Shown: positions 12,918 to 26,195, counted from the first letter of the whole stretch. The stretch: 62,974 bases of DNA, filler included, from Chiloscyllium plagiosum (GCF_004010195.1; 4 parts of one record of this genome joined end to end with filler, not necessarily neighbours in it); one strand, 5' to 3'. A program made the numbers and translations. The notes: generated from the letters alone by a model not told the origin.

Positions 12918-13554
12918 TGTCACAAAGCTGGTCCAGTTTTTCTAAAAGCTGTTCCTTTTTTCAAGGAGATTGTCTCCTTGGTTTTTTTTCAGGGGGGGTC
13001 ATAAAACACTCCGGGCTCCGAAACGGCTGAGTTTGGTACAGAGATGAAAGGCCTTTTTGTTTATACGTAAACAGATGGGTCTTTAGGTCAAAGCTTTTAT
13101 CTTTTTAGAAGTGACCTGTATAAGTCAAGGAGGAGTGGCCAGCTCTCGGGCTGAGCAGTTCAGTCCAGAATTAGTTAAGGAGCTCAGCTGTGGGCTGTGT
13201 GGAAACAGGCTGCTAGACTCCCTCTCCTTCTGCCCTTCTAACTTCGACCTGTAAACCTTTGCTTCATTTTTACTGTGTCTTAGGGGATTTGTTTATTGGG
13301 ACTGTTGTACATATTTGGAACAGCATAATTAAGTCTAGCTTGGATAGACTGAGTTCTGTAGCGGTTCCTTATTCTGCTCTTTCTGTTTCATTGTGTAATT
13401 TTGTGAATACATTTTTCTGTTTTAAAACCTGGTAGTCAACCTGGCTAAATTACTCTGGGTAATTCTCACTGTACACTTAATGAAACAAATTGCAAAGTTA
13501 TGGCCTGGGCTGCCTGCTTAAGAATGTTTTGAGGGTCTGGCCTAGTCCATAACA
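12918..13554 (+). repeat. 3' LTR (637 bp)
   Basis: TGTCACAAAG...GTCCATAACA, homologous to the 5' LTR. Confidence 0.92.
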
Positions 13555-14021
13555 GCAGTAATGCACAATTCACATGAAAAAGCTGACATATTTGTTTGTG
13601 TGATCTTTCTGAATACTGTCCAGTGGTTTTCCACCTCCATTGAAAAGCACATCCAAAAGCCTTGGGCCCAAGGCACTAGGACAATCTGACATCCCAGCCC
13701 AGACTTCCTCCCCCTGCCTCACATGTCCCAAACCTCTACTCCCAACCATTTAAACGCAAAGAAACAGGAGAAATCTGGGGAATGTTCACCCACCCTTTTA
13801 ATAAACACATCCAGAATATTAACTGGGTGGCATTAACAGAGGTTTATATTACACTGTTTGTAGGGGATAGGCCAAACCCAAAGAAAGATGAATGTGAACC
13901 CACATATGATATATTGTCCAATTCTGCCCACCACATTTCTGGAAGGTGTGTTGGGTGGGGGAGGGAAATGAGGAGGAGTTCTTAAGTAGGCCGTATGGGG
14001 GTGGGTCATTTCCAAGAATGG

Positions 14022-14204
14022 AGAAAGTGAGGACTTCTGATGCTGGAGATCAGAGTCGAGAGTGTGGGGCTGGAAAAGCACAGCAGGTCAGGCAGCATCC
14101 GAGGAACAGGAGAGTCGACGTTTCAGAAGAGCCTTTGCCCGAAACATTGATTCTCCTACTTTTCGGATGCTGCCTCACCTCTGTGCTTTTCCAGAACCAC
14201 ACTC
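14022..14204. mobile_element. Short palindromic Penelope-derived element
   Basis: 16-bp TSD TCATTTCCAAGAATGG (14006-14021, 14205-14220) and inverted arms. Confidence 0.8.
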
Positions 14205-14214
14205 TCATTTCCAA

Positions 14215-14680
14215 GAATGGGTGCATAGATAAAGAACTGGTCTCCTTCCTATCGGAAGGATGTTGTAAAACTTGGAAGGGTTCAGAAAAGATTTACAAGG
14301 ATGTTCCCAGGGTTGGAAGAGTTGAGCCATAGGGAGAGACTGAACAGGCTGGAGCCGTTTTCCCTGGAGCATCGGGGGCTGAGGGGTGACCTTATAGAAG
14401 TTTATAAAATCCAAAATGGAGTACAAGTGTGGCTGTGATAGCTACTCGAATGGGTGCATAGATAAAGAACTGGTCTCCTTCCTATCGGAAGGATGTTGTA
14501 AAACTTGGAAGGGTTCAGAAAAGATTTACAAGGATGTTCCCAAGGTTGGAAGAGTTGAGCCATAGGGAGAGACTGAACAGGCTAGAGCCGTTTTCCCTGG
14601 AGCATCGGAGGCTGAGGGGTGACCTTATAGAGGTTTATAAAATCCAAGATGGAGTACTAGTGTGGCTGTGATAGCTACTC
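14215..14680 (+). repeat. Tandem duplication of an approximately 233-bp unit containing a CR1 fragment
   Basis: GAATGGGTGCATAGATAAAG...GATAGCTACTC occurs twice with a few substitutions. Confidence 0.9.
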
Positions 14681-16675
14681 CTTTTATTGAAGTATTTTAG
14701 GTGTTGGAGGTGATTTCCTCAAATTCCAGGAGCAGCAATTATTGTTTCATACGATGTTGCATTGTTTTGGAACTTTGGGGGGACAAAAGATCAAGATAAC
14801 GGCACTTTAAAATGGAGGATGACAGACAAAGGCTGTGACTACATGGTCAGAGAAAGAACCCTATACAGCTGTCTGAACAATTACAACATTCAAAAGGCAT
14901 CTGGATGGGAACATGAATAGGAATGGTTTAGAGGGATATGGGCTAAGTGCTGGACTCAATTAGATTAGGATATCTGGTCGGCATGGACGAGTCAGACCAA
15001 AGGGTCCGTTTCAATGCTGTACATCCCTATGAGTCTATGACTGTAATTACAATTGAATTCAAAGACTGAAGAATCCAGAGTTGTCCTGTTAGAACAAAGA
15101 AAGCTAAGATCAGAATCAAAACAGAGAACTCTGCAGAACCTGAAGAAGTCTCTACTGGACTCAAAGCACTAACTCTGATTGTCTCCCCACAGATGCTGCC
15201 AGACCTGTGGAATTTCTCCTGCACTCTCTGTTTTTATTTCAGATCTCCAGCATCTGCGGCATTTTGCTTTTACTTGAAGACAAAGGTGAGATTTGACAGA
15301 GATGTTCAAAATAGGAAAGGATGTAGACAGAGACTGTTTCCTATGGTGGATAAGCTGGGGATTGGAGGGGGGGGGCGTGGTGTTTAAATATTCAAGTGAC
15401 AAGAGAAAGAACCAGTGACAATACAAGAGCAAACCTCTCTCTGCAACGTGTTTTTTCTTCTCTCAGAGTGAGCTGAACCTCTGTCACTCCTGTTTATTTA
15501 TTTTTTTAGTGAAAGACAGAAGATGTACGAATTTTTATTCAATTTCCACCACCAGGAGGAAAGGAAACACCCAAGTGGCCAGTGACAAGCAGCATCTTTC
15601 ACATCAAAGGGCAATGCTGCGTGATCGAACAGTGAAGGGGAGGGCAGGGATTAAATCAAAATAGAATTGGAGGGGGAAATAATGCACTCCTCTCCCTGAA
15701 CAAGTCAAGGGGCAACAAATGTTTAGGATCTGAGAAGCAGACTCTGATAGTCTGGTGGAAGTGGAATCAATAATCGCTTCCGGAAAGGAAGCGAATCAAT
15801 ATCTGGAAGTAAATTTGCTGGGACATAGAGACATAGAAAAGAGGAGCAGATGTAGGCCATTCGGCCCTTTGAGTCTACACAATCATTCACAGTTGATCAT
15901 CCAACTCAGTCCCCTTTTCCTACTTTCTCCCCAAACTGTTTGATCTCTTCAGCCCAAAGAACAATATCTGTCTCCTTCTTGGAATCATTCAATGTTTTTC
16001 CTCAACTGCCTTTCTGTGGCAAAGAATTCTACAGGCTCAGCACTGTCTGGGTGAAGGAATTTCTCCTCATCTTGGTCCTACTCAGTATTCTTAGGGAGAC
16101 AAGGGAACTGCAGAGAGTGGAATCAATAGATTGCTCCTCACATGATTCAGAATGAAGATGCCTGTCAGGAGGATGTTCTAATCTGTGATTCCTTAATGCG
16201 CTTGTAAACCTGCATTGACAAGGGCCTTGTATCCACCTGGAACCACTCAGGATTCCTAAAAGGACCATTTGCAGGTCAGTTCATCAAACTGACACCCACG
16301 CACCCCTCTGCCTACCACCCTCCAAAGCCCCTCTGTCACAGGTTTGCTAGTCAGATATTGTCCAATCACATGACCTTCCCATTTCAGTCAATCACAGCTC
16401 AGTCAAGCATCTCACCAACACCATGACATTTTTATGAAGAGTAAAGAAGCAGGAGGAGGCCATTCGGCCCCTCGAGCCTGCTCCGCCATTTAATACGATC
16501 ATGGCTGATCTCATCTCGGCCTCAATTCCACACTCCTGCCAGCTCCCCATGACCCTTCAACCCATTACGGAATAAAATTCATGCCTTCCTTCTCCTTAAA
16601 TTTAATCAATGTCCCAGCATCCACTGGGATAGCAAATCCCTTACATTCATGTGCTTTAACAGATGAGATTACCAG

Positions 16676-17868
16676 GGAGAAAGTGAGGACGGCAGATGCT
16701 GGAAATCTGAGTCAAAGAGTGTGGTGCTGGAAAAGCACAGCAGGTCAAACAGCACCCGAGGAGCAGGAGAATCGACGTTTTGAGCATAAGCTCTTCATCA
16801 GGAATGAGGGGTTGCCCTAAGGGGGCTGAGAGATAAATGGGAGACAGGTTGGGGCTTAGGGGTTGGGGAGGAAGGGACCTGGGAATGCTAAAGGTTGATT
16901 AAGTTGTGGTGGAATGTGATAGGTCGGAGAGGAGGGTGGAGTTGATAGGTGGGAAGGAAGATGGGCAGGTAGGACAGGTCAAGAGAGCGGTGCCGAGTTG
17001 GAAGGTTGGACCTAGGATAAGGTGGGGGAGGGGTGTGATGAGGAAACTGATAAAATCCACATTGACCCTGTGTGGTTGGAGGGTCCCAAGAAGGAAGATG
17101 GGGCTTTCTTCCTCCAGGTGTCAGGTGGTATGGGTTTGGCGGTGGAGGAGGCCCAGGACCTGCATGTCCTTGGCGGAGAGGGAGGGGGAGTTAAAGTGTT
17201 CAGTCATGAGGTGGTGGGGTTGTTTCATGTGTATGTCCCAGAGATATTCTCTGAAGTGTTCCGCAAGTAGACATCCTGGCGGAGACCACATCAGGAGCAA
17301 CAAATATGACATTTGTGGAAATGCAGGTAAATCTCTGACGGATGTGAAAGGCTCCATTGGGGCCTTGGATGGAGGTAAGGGGGGGGTGTTGGCGCAGGTT
17401 TTGCACTTCTTGCGTTGGCAGGAGAAGGTGCTGGGGTGGGGGGTGGGCTGGTGGGGAGCAGCATAGACCTAACAAGGGAGTCACTGAGGGAATAGTCTTT
17501 ACGTAACGCCGATGGGGCGGGGAGGGAAATATATCTCTGTTGGTGGGGTCTGTTTGTAGGTGGTGGAAATGGTGGCGGATGATAAGATGTGTATGGATGT
17601 TGGTGGGCTGGAAGGCGAGGGCTAGGGGGTTCTGGCCTTGTTGCGGTTAGAGGGGTAGGGTTCGAGGTGCAGGAAGTGGATGAGATGGGGGCATCATCGA
17701 CCATATGGGAGGAGAAATTGTGGTCTTTGAAGAAGGAGGCCATCTGGTGTGTTCTGTGGTGGAATTGGTCCTCCTGGGAGCAGATACGATGGAGGCGGAG
17801 GAATTGGGAATAAGGGATAGCGTTTTTACAGGAGGCAGGGTGGGAGGTGGTGTAGTCCAGGTAGCTGT
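16676..17868 (-). mobile_element. Penelope-like element 3' part (RT C-terminus, GIY-YIG, terminal repeat)
   Basis: CKNAIPYSQFLRLHRICSQEDQF, HFNSPSLSAKDMQVLGL; terminal CCTGATGAAGAGCTTATGCTCAAAACGTCG. Confidence 0.88.
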
Positions 17869-17947
17869 GCCCTAGTTTATGTGTTAAATGTGCCGTCCCA
17901 TCAATGCCGCCAAAGAAAATGGGAGAAAAGGATAAAACAAGACACAA

Positions 17948-17953
17948 TTTATT
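17948..17953 (-). terminator. Probable polyadenylation signal (AATAAA) of the protease gene
   Basis: tttatt on the plus strand about 240 nt past the stop, followed on the minus strand by GT/T-rich sequence. Confidence 0.65.
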
Positions 17954-18192
17954 TTTTAATGGCACTGGAATTGTTTTAAATTCCTGAAACGTGGAGGCTT
18001 GGCAACCTCCCACTGAGTCAGAAATCTGTTGACAACTGTTCCACTGGATTCTTCTTTTTCTGGTTGGAGTAATTAACCCAAAATGTGAGACGGTTTTTCC
18101 CAGAGTTACAATTGCCACATGCGCAGGAGGGGAGGAGGTGGTTGAAGTAAGAACTGCTCCTGGTGAAGTAAGAACTGCCCCTGCCGGCAAGC

Positions 18193-18375
18193 TTAGCCTT
18201 TCTGGTTGTATTTTGGTCTATGTTTGATCTTCCTGTAGATCCAATTGATGTACTTGGTAACCCTTGTGTAGACTCCCGGCTTGTTCATCTTAGCGCAGCC
18301 TTCTCCCCAGCTGACGATCCCGTACAGATATGCTGTGTCCCCTTTGTAGCAAACTAGAGGGCCTCCGGAATCTCC
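18193..18375 (-). CDS. HGFAC: HGFAC-like protease terminal exon with catalytic Ser
   Basis: cacag|GGA acceptor. [60 protein letters not shown], stop TAA. Confidence 0.93.
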   Translation of the reverse strand, partial: GDSGGPLVCYKGDTAYLYGIVSWGEGCAKMNKPGVYTRVTKYINWIYRKIKHRPKYNQKG

Positions 18376-20004
18376 CTGTGTAGACAATGCAACAGACAAA
18401 GGATTAGCAGACATTTGTAAAGGCTTAAGAATACGTAACAATGATGGTCTGATTCAATGCCAGAGCACACCAGATGGGCGGAATGGCCTACTAACATTTC
18501 TATAGGAAGCACTTGAATTTTTTGCTATCTTTTGCAGGTATCAACAAAAAACTTACTTACAACCAATTTGTGCACAGCAAGCTCCCACAAACAAAAACAT
18601 TATTTGCTGGCTGAAGGATCAAAGGCCTCTTGGCAGAGCCTCCCTACTCAGAATCACAGCACCTTTACCTTGTAAACGGAGGCCATTCGGTTCATCATGC
18701 CCACAAGTTCTATCTCTTCCTGCCAGTCTCCTGCCTTTTCCCTGTATCCCTGTCCACCATTACTATTCAAATAACCATCCAATGCCCCTTTTGAATGCTT
18801 CATAGAGTCATACAGCACGGAAGCAGATCCTTCAATCCAACCAGTTTATTCCAACCATAGTCCAACCTGTGTTCACCACATTTCCACAGTGCATTCTGCA
18901 CCTGAACTATTCACTGGGTCAAACATCGTTTTTGCTGTTTAGTTTCTCTTACTCGTCTTTGAACAATCTTTAATCTTTCTGCTTTTAGTGACACAATGGT
19001 TAGTGTCCTTACCTCTAGATCAGAAAGTCTGGGTTGAAGTGCCACCTGCTCTTTCCTGAAAAGTTGATTAAAACTATGGGTGCAGACAGAAGTGGTCACC
19101 TTCTCTGCCGTAATAATTCGATGAGATAATAACCTTGTTTCTTATATTAATGGTGGTGCCTCTTGCAGTGTTGCTGGTTTCTTTTCACACACTCCCCAGT
19201 CTCACACGTACACACACACACAGGATTGCTAAAACACACGCAGGTTTGACTTATTTGAAGATTTTAACTATTACTTATACACAATCCAAAATAGTTCAAC
19301 AGAGAAATCTACTCTGGGGTCTGATCTAACTGCAGCAGTTCATGAAGGGAAGGGATGGGTAATAAATGGAGATGATTCCAAAGAGATCTCCCAGAGTGTT
19401 GCTGGAAGAGAGTTTGAGTTATACGGAGAGGTTGGATCATAAGGGGTACAGATAAAGTGAATGGCAGATGGCTTTTCCCTCGGGTGGGGGATTTCAAGAC
19501 TGAGGGTGTATAATTAAGGTGAGAGGAGAAAGATTTAAAAAAGACATGGGGGCAATTATTTTACAGAGTGGTTTGTGTGTGAAGTGAACTTTTAGAGGAG
19601 GTGGTGGATGCAGGTACAGTTACAATGTTTAAAAGATATTTAGATAAGTACATGAATAAGAAATGTAGGAGGGATATGGGCCAAGAGCAGACAGGAAGGA
19701 CTAGTTGTAGTTTGGGATATCTGGTCGGCATGGACTGGTTAGACTGAAGGGTCTGTTTCCATGCTGTCCGACTCTATAATTGTTGGCCCAGTTAGAGACA
19801 CCCTCATCCCAATTACGTCTCCACTAACTGGCTGCCAGTCACATGGTGCCCCCATGACACATATTCCCTTAAGTTATATCACTGTATGACAATGCAGTCC
19901 TCCCTCAATGCTGTATTAAGTGTCAATTCAAATCTCCACAGTGGGGCCTGACGTCATTAGGTGCTGAGTTAGAGATGAGAGTGATAGCCATGATCTAAGG
20001 TTGA

Positions 20005-20557
20005 TGTGGGATATAGGTAAAGCAGTGTTACTTCTGCAACTATAATTGCTTATGCAAGGTGATGAACTAACCTACACAATTGTATAATTGTTTCAGCCAA
20101 GAGCTGAGTTAGCTCAAACGTGCCTGTAAACAATGGAATATGTTACAGACAAATAGATAAGGAGGGAAGAAACATTAAGTTATGCCAACCCAGCATATTA
20201 TTCCTCTGTAGGCACCAGAAATAGCCAAGTTAGCTGCAAATAAGGGATAAGGTAAATAAGAGTAAGGGTCGCCCAGCTTAGAGTAGTAGGAGAAGTAAAC
20301 GAGGGTGGAGCGCAGCTAGGCAGGTGCAGAACACAATAAGGAATAGTGATAGGTTTGACACGTAATATGCTAGGCCAATGAGGTAAACGGGGAAGTACTG
20401 AGAGAGACTCAATTAAACTGTATAAATTGTGGGGTAATTTTGGTTCGGTGTGCCTACTTGTTAAACACCCATCTTGCAAGAACATTTCAATAAAATTCGC
20501 TGCTTCAGAATTTGACTCGGACTGAAATTTATTGTATTGTAAGCTTTGTTTCTCACA
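20005..20557 (+). mobile_element. Solo LTR in the last intron of the protease gene (antisense to the gene)
   Basis: TGTGGGA...TCTCACA termini, exact 5-bp TSD GTTGA, CCAAT near 20374, TATAAA at 20421, AATAAA at 20489. Confidence 0.88.
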
Positions 20558-20994
20558 GTTGATGTCCTGTTTCTTTTTTAAATTATTTTCTGAGATGCAG
20601 GAACTTCTGACCAGGCCAATATTTCTTGCCCATCTCTAATCGCCCTTGAATCCTGTGGCTTGCTCTGCCATTTCAGATAGCAGTTACGAAAAACAACCAT
20701 GTTGCTGTGGTTCTGAACTCACATGTAGGTCAGACCGGGACAAAAGATGGTAGATTTCCATTCCCAAAGGACGCTAGTGAACTAGTTGGGATGTTACAAC
20801 AATAGTTTCATGGTTGCCACTACTGAGACACGCCTTTATACAAATTCCAGATTTATTCATTGAATTTAATCCCATCGACTGCCATGGTGGTATTCGAATC
20901 AATCGCTCCAGACCATTAGTCTGGTCTATTCCAATGAGATTATCACTACATTACTGTCTCCATGCTTAACCCATGATCTACTTTTTAACAATCT

Positions 20995-21345
20995 TATAAA
21001 ATCATAGAGAGCATGGATGGGTGAATAGACAAGGTCTTTTTCCCCCAGGATAGAGGAGTCCAAAACTAGAGGGCATAGGTTTAAGGTGAGAGGAGAAAGA
21101 TTTAAAAGGGACCTAAGGGACAACCTTTTCATTCAGAAAGTGGTGCGTGTATGGAATGAGCTGCCAGAGGAAATGATGGAGGCTGGTACAATTACAACAT
21201 TTAAAAGGCACCTGGATAGGTATATCAATAGGAAAGGTTTAGACAGATATGGGCCAAATGCTGTCAAATAGGACTAGATTAATGTAGGATATCTTGTCGG
21301 CATGGACAAGTTGGACCGAGGATCTCTTTCCATGCTGTACATCTC
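20995..21345 (+). mobile_element. CR1 3' fragment
   Basis: RGERFKRDLRDNLF...WNELPEE. Confidence 0.88.
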
Positions 21346-21925
21346 TATGCTCTATGTCTGTATGACTGTATGACTCTATGTCTCTATGACTCCATTTATC
21401 ACTATGGCTCTGTGACTCTGTGATTCTATGTCTCTGTGACTCTATGACACAATGTCTATATGACTCTATGTCTCTGTGACGCTATGATTCTGTGAATCTA
21501 TGACTCTATGACTATGTCTCTATGACTCTATGTCTCTATGACTCTATGATTATGTCTCTACGTCTCTACATCTCTGTCTCTATGACTCTATGTCTCTAGG
21601 TCTTTGTCTCTATGTCTCTTTGAGTCTATGACTCCATGTCTCCATGAATCTATGACTCTATGACTCCATGTCTCTATGACTCTATGTCTCTGTCTCTATG
21701 TCTCTTTGACTCTGTGACTCAATTTCTCTATTTTTCTGTGTTTCTTGTCTCTATATCTCTATGATTCTATGTCTCTGTGACTCTGACTCTATGATACTGC
21801 GACTGTATGACTCTATGTCCCTATGGCTCTATGACTCCGTGTTTCCATGTCTCTTTGACTCTATGTCTCTATGACTCCATGACTCTGACTGTATGACTCT
21901 GTGTCTCTATGTCTCCATGACTCTG
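21345..21925 (+). repeat. Expanded degenerate (CTATGACT/CTATGTCT)n octamer array
   Basis: Continuous with the tail of the preceding CR1. Confidence 0.9.
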
Positions 21926-22072
21926 TCTGCCTTTCCTAATGAACATTTGTGTTGAAGAGTGCCGCTGTCAATGAAGTGATTTTTGGAATTGTGGTTGCTG
22001 TGGTAACGGTTGAAACCCAACTAGGATTTTAGTGCCCTGCACGATATCTTGGATATAAGGCAGAACAGGTAC

Positions 22073-22221
22073 CTGGCAGGCATCGACAGATTTCATCATT
22101 TCTCCTGCACAGATCATATTTGGTGTCACTTCAGTGCCGTAGAGAAAATTGCTGCTGCACAATTCTTGGGGAATGAGGCGGACTGTGGCTTCCTGCAAAG
22201 TGCAAGGATATGTTGTTGCAT
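22073..22221 (-). CDS. HGFAC: HGFAC-like protease exon with S1 Asp
   Basis: cttttccag|AT acceptor, CAG|gtacct donor, 149 nt (phase 1 to 0). NATTYPCTLQEATVRLIPQELCSSNFLYGTEVTPNMICAGEMMKSVDACQ. Confidence 0.92.
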
Positions 22222-22499
22222 CTGGAAAAGAAAGGAAGCACAAGAAAATAGAATTACAGAATGATGGACACCACCCACCTCTAATGAAAGCCATTTGTGC
22301 CTGTGCTAGCCCTTTGGATTGCAGCTGTGAACAGTCCCATGACCGTCTGTTTTGTCCAAAACTCAGTTACCATTCCAATGACCTTTTCAAAATGATTTAT
22401 GAATCAAGCTCCCAACAACACTTTCAGGTGCAGCTTTCCGGATTCCTAACACCTCTCTCCGTGAGAAAACCTTCCTCGTTGCCCATATTCCCCCACTCG

Positions 22500-24820
22500 G
22501 TCTTTTGACAATGAGTGGAGTATTGTGGACAGCTTTGGTCTGGGAAAAGACACAGTGGGTTTGAAAGCAGTCCAACAGTGGTTCATTAGACTGACACCAG
22601 GGATGGAGGGACTATCTTATGAGGAGACGTTGAGTAGATTGAATCTGTATTCACTGGAACATAGAAGTAAGAGAAGCAATTTTATTGAAACATACAAGGT
22701 TCTGAGGGAATTTGACAAGAGAGGTTGTGGGAGAGTCTAGGACCAGGGCACACAATCTCAGAACAGGAGGTGGTACATTTAAGACAGAGATGAGTAGGAA
22801 TTTCTTCTCTGAGGATAGTGAAGTTGAGGATTATCAGGATCAGCCATGATCTTATTGAATGGTGGAGCAGACTTGATGGGCTGAATGGCCAACTGCTGTT
22901 CCTCCATCTTATGATCTTGTAAATCTATATTTATATTTAAATTAGTCAATGTTGAAGTATTGTGTTCAGTTCTAGTCTCCCTGCTATTTTCCCTAAGAAG
23001 GGGGATTTCAAGACTAAGGGGCACATTTTTCAGGTGAGAGGACAGAGAGATTTTAAAAAGACACGAGGGGCAAATGTTTTCCACAGAGGTAGGTTCGCGT
23101 GCGGAATGAAGGAAGTGGTGGATGTGGGTACAATTACAATGTTTCTTTGGATAAATACAGGGATAGGAAAGCTTGGAGGGATATGGGCTAAGAGCAGACA
23201 GGTGGGACAAGTTTAGTTTGGGATTATGTTTGGCATGGACTGGTTGTACCGAAGGGTCTGTTTCCATGCTGTATGACTCCATGAATGGGGCTATGTTCCC
23301 GGAGTATTGGAGGCTAAGGTGTGACATTATAAAAAGGTTTATAAAATCATGAGGGGCATGGATAGGGTAAACAGTTAAGGTCATTTCTCCAGGATAGAGA
23401 AGTCCAAAACTAGAGGGCATAGGTTTAAGGTGAGGGCAAAAGATATAAAAGTGACCTAAATTTTCCACACCAGAGGAGATGATGGCGGCTGATACAATTA
23501 GAATATTTAAAATATCTGGTTGGCATGGACGAGTTGGACCAAAGGTTCTGTTTCTGTGTTGTACAACTTTATGACTCTATGATTATAAACTTTGTGTTTG
23601 TTTTCCTCCAACTAATCTATGAACACCACTACAAACCTCCATTCTGTAGAGTCCTATCTATTTCAACCTCTCTCTGGGACTGAAATTTTGGAATCATCAC
23701 AGTAAACCTGCCATATGAGCTTTACCATGAGAAATGGTTCAGCATCCGAAACCACATCAACTCTTCTTTCTACACTCTGTTTGTAGCTCCCCAGCCAGTG
23801 ACACTCTGAGCCCATCAACAAACAGAAAGCAGACATTCCTGGGCTGAAGAAGTTCATCTTATGAGGAAAGGCTGAGCAGGTTGGGACCATGCTGTCTGTG
23901 ATTGAGAAAAATGAGAGGCAAGCCTTTTGAAGCACAGTAGACTGTGAGGGTTGATCAGTACGATTGCAGATGAAACAGAAATTGGTGAGGTGATATTTAA
24001 TGAGGAGGGCAGCCTTAGAATAGAGGAGGATATGGATAGGCTGGTCAGCAGCAAATAGAATTCAATCTGGATAAGTGTGAGGTGATGTACTTGGGAAGGA
24101 CAAACAAAGCAAGGGAATACATGATGAATGCTGGGACCGGGAAAGCAGCAACAATCAGAGGGACCTTGATGTGCATGTACACTGGTTCCTTTAGTTAACT
24201 AGGCAGGTGGATAAAGTAGTTCAGAAGATATACGGTATATAAGCCTTTATTAGCCGAGGGGGAGAGTTTGAGAGCAGGGAGCTAATGCTAGAGCTGTATA
24301 AAATGTTGGTTAGGCCACAGCGGGAGTATTGTATGCACGTCTGGGTGGGTTCTGCATTCTAGGAGGGATGTGATTGCACCAGACACGGTGCGAAGAAATT
24401 TTATAAAGATGTTGCCTGGGCTGGAGAGTTTCAATTATGAAGAGGGATTGGACAGACTGGGGTTGTTTACCTTAGAGCAGAGGTGACTGAGGGGGACACG
24501 ATTGAGATGTATGAAATAATGAGGGCATAGGCAGGTAGACGGGAAGAAACATTACCTGCAGGTGGACGGATTAATAACCAGGGGGGAGGACATGGATTTA
24601 GAGTTCGAGGGAGGAGGTTCAGAGAGAATGCGAGGAGAAAGTTTTTCACCCAAAGAGGTGGTTGAGGCAGAAACTATTGTAATATTTAAGTAGCATTTAG
24701 ATTAACATTTAAGAAGTACTTGTCCAAGGGCCAAATGTTGGAAAATGTGATTAAAATAGTTAGATGGTCTCTTTGACTGACACAGATTCAATGGGCCAAA
24801 GGGCCTTTTCTGTTCAATAG
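22500..24820 (+). mobile_element. Cluster of decayed CR1 fragments
   Basis: Several RT-end and 3'UTR segments (about 22500-22920, 22995-23580, 23960-24820). Confidence 0.75.
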
Positions 24821-24824
24821 TATC

Positions 24825-25177
24825 AAAGAATCCGTACAGTTTGGAAACAGGCCATTTGGCCCATTGAATCCACACTGACCCTCTGAAGACCATCTCACCC
24901 AGACCCCCCCCCCCCCCCCCTCCTCCTACCCTATGCTTGTAACCCTGCATTTCTCATGGCTAATCCGCTTAGCCTACACATCTCTTGACATTACGGGCAA
25001 TTCAGTCTGGCCAATCCACCTGACCTGCACATTTTTACACTGTGAGAGGAAACCAGAGCACCCGGAGGAAACCCACACAGACACGGGGAGAATGTGCAAA
25101 CTCCACACAGACAGTCACCTGAGGCTGGAATCGAACCTGAGTCCCTACTGCTGTGAGGCAGCAGTGCTAACCACTGA
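24825..25177 (-). mobile_element. HE1-type SINE
   Basis: Homologous to 49314-49628. Confidence 0.8.
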
Positions 25178-26195
25178 GATCTCTGTGGAGAAGCAGTATG
25201 ACCTATATGTTCATTTCCAAATATTTTTTGTCTTTGAACGACTTTTGGAATCCCTGGGTATCACTGTTTTGGCCAGTATTTCTCACCTGTTCAGTATTGC
25301 ACTTGAACAAGGACAAAGTTAAGGTCACAATCAGGTCAGTCATGATCTTAATAATTGACAGAGCTGGTTCGGTATGCCAACTGCTTCTCCTATTTCATAC
25401 ACTCCTTTTGCAAAATACCTTAAGGTGCTTTACAAGGCTGTTCCCTGACAAAGCTTGACACTGAGCCACAATGGAGAAGATTGATCACAGTGGTAGGTTT
25501 GAAGGACAGGGTAGGAAGATGGAGAGGTTTAGGGAGGTAATTCCACAGTCAGGGCCAGGCTGCTGAAGATACAGAGGTTAGTTGTTGTACAGAGGGGGTC
25601 AGAAATGGGCAAGAAACAATGAGGCATGTGCATATTGCAGTGAGGGATTCCACCTGTGCAATCTTTGATAGCTATTATTCAACATCCCATAGGAAGGGGT
25701 GGTCATTACACAACCAAACAGGAACAGTACCAAGCTGAAAATCCTTCCAACGCAGGCCAACGGCAGGCTGTAAAAGCAGGAGAGATTTCTGTTCAACCAT
25801 GTGACAGAAAGAACATCAGAGACTCAACCATCACTATCCCATCACAGTTCCATCATAGTTACACCATGCAGGCAAAAAATGCATGTATCCTCGGCCACTC
25901 AGACTCCCTGAAAGAGCTGCAATATACTACCATCATAAATTACTTAATTAGTTGCTTGGTAATACAGAGTGAGTACTGCTGAAAAAAAAGACATACTTTT
26001 CATCTGGAATTGATCAGGACAGAATAGCAAGAATGCCAAATCTCAAAGGAAGATGATATCCTTGCTTCCCTGTCCTGATGAGTGCAAAATGAAAAGCTTT
26101 GATATCATGGCCCTTTTTACAGCAAATTTTACAGCCCTGTGCACATCTTCTGAGTTGGTAAGGAATATGGATATTAGAATAACAAAGCTCCTTAC

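Larger units (their letters stand above)
6006..13554 (+). mobile_element. Decayed Gmr1-type Ty3/Gypsy LTR retrotransposon
   Basis: Paired TG...CA LTRs, PBS, PPT and 4-bp TSD-like flanks GCGG/GCAG. Gag zinc knuckle CFHCNKVDHTKLQC, protease ILRDTGSSQS, integrase (8125-8772), RT VYIDD near 11580, RNase H about 12250-12720. Many stops and frameshifts. Confidence 0.92.

Noticed and set aside
18143..18178. 15-bp direct repeat TGAAGTAAGAACTGC in the 3'UTR
   Set aside because: Small local duplication with no evidence of function.
21345..21925. Possible CRISPR-like array
   Set aside because: No unique spacers or cas genes; it is a simple LINE-tail repeat in vertebrate DNA.
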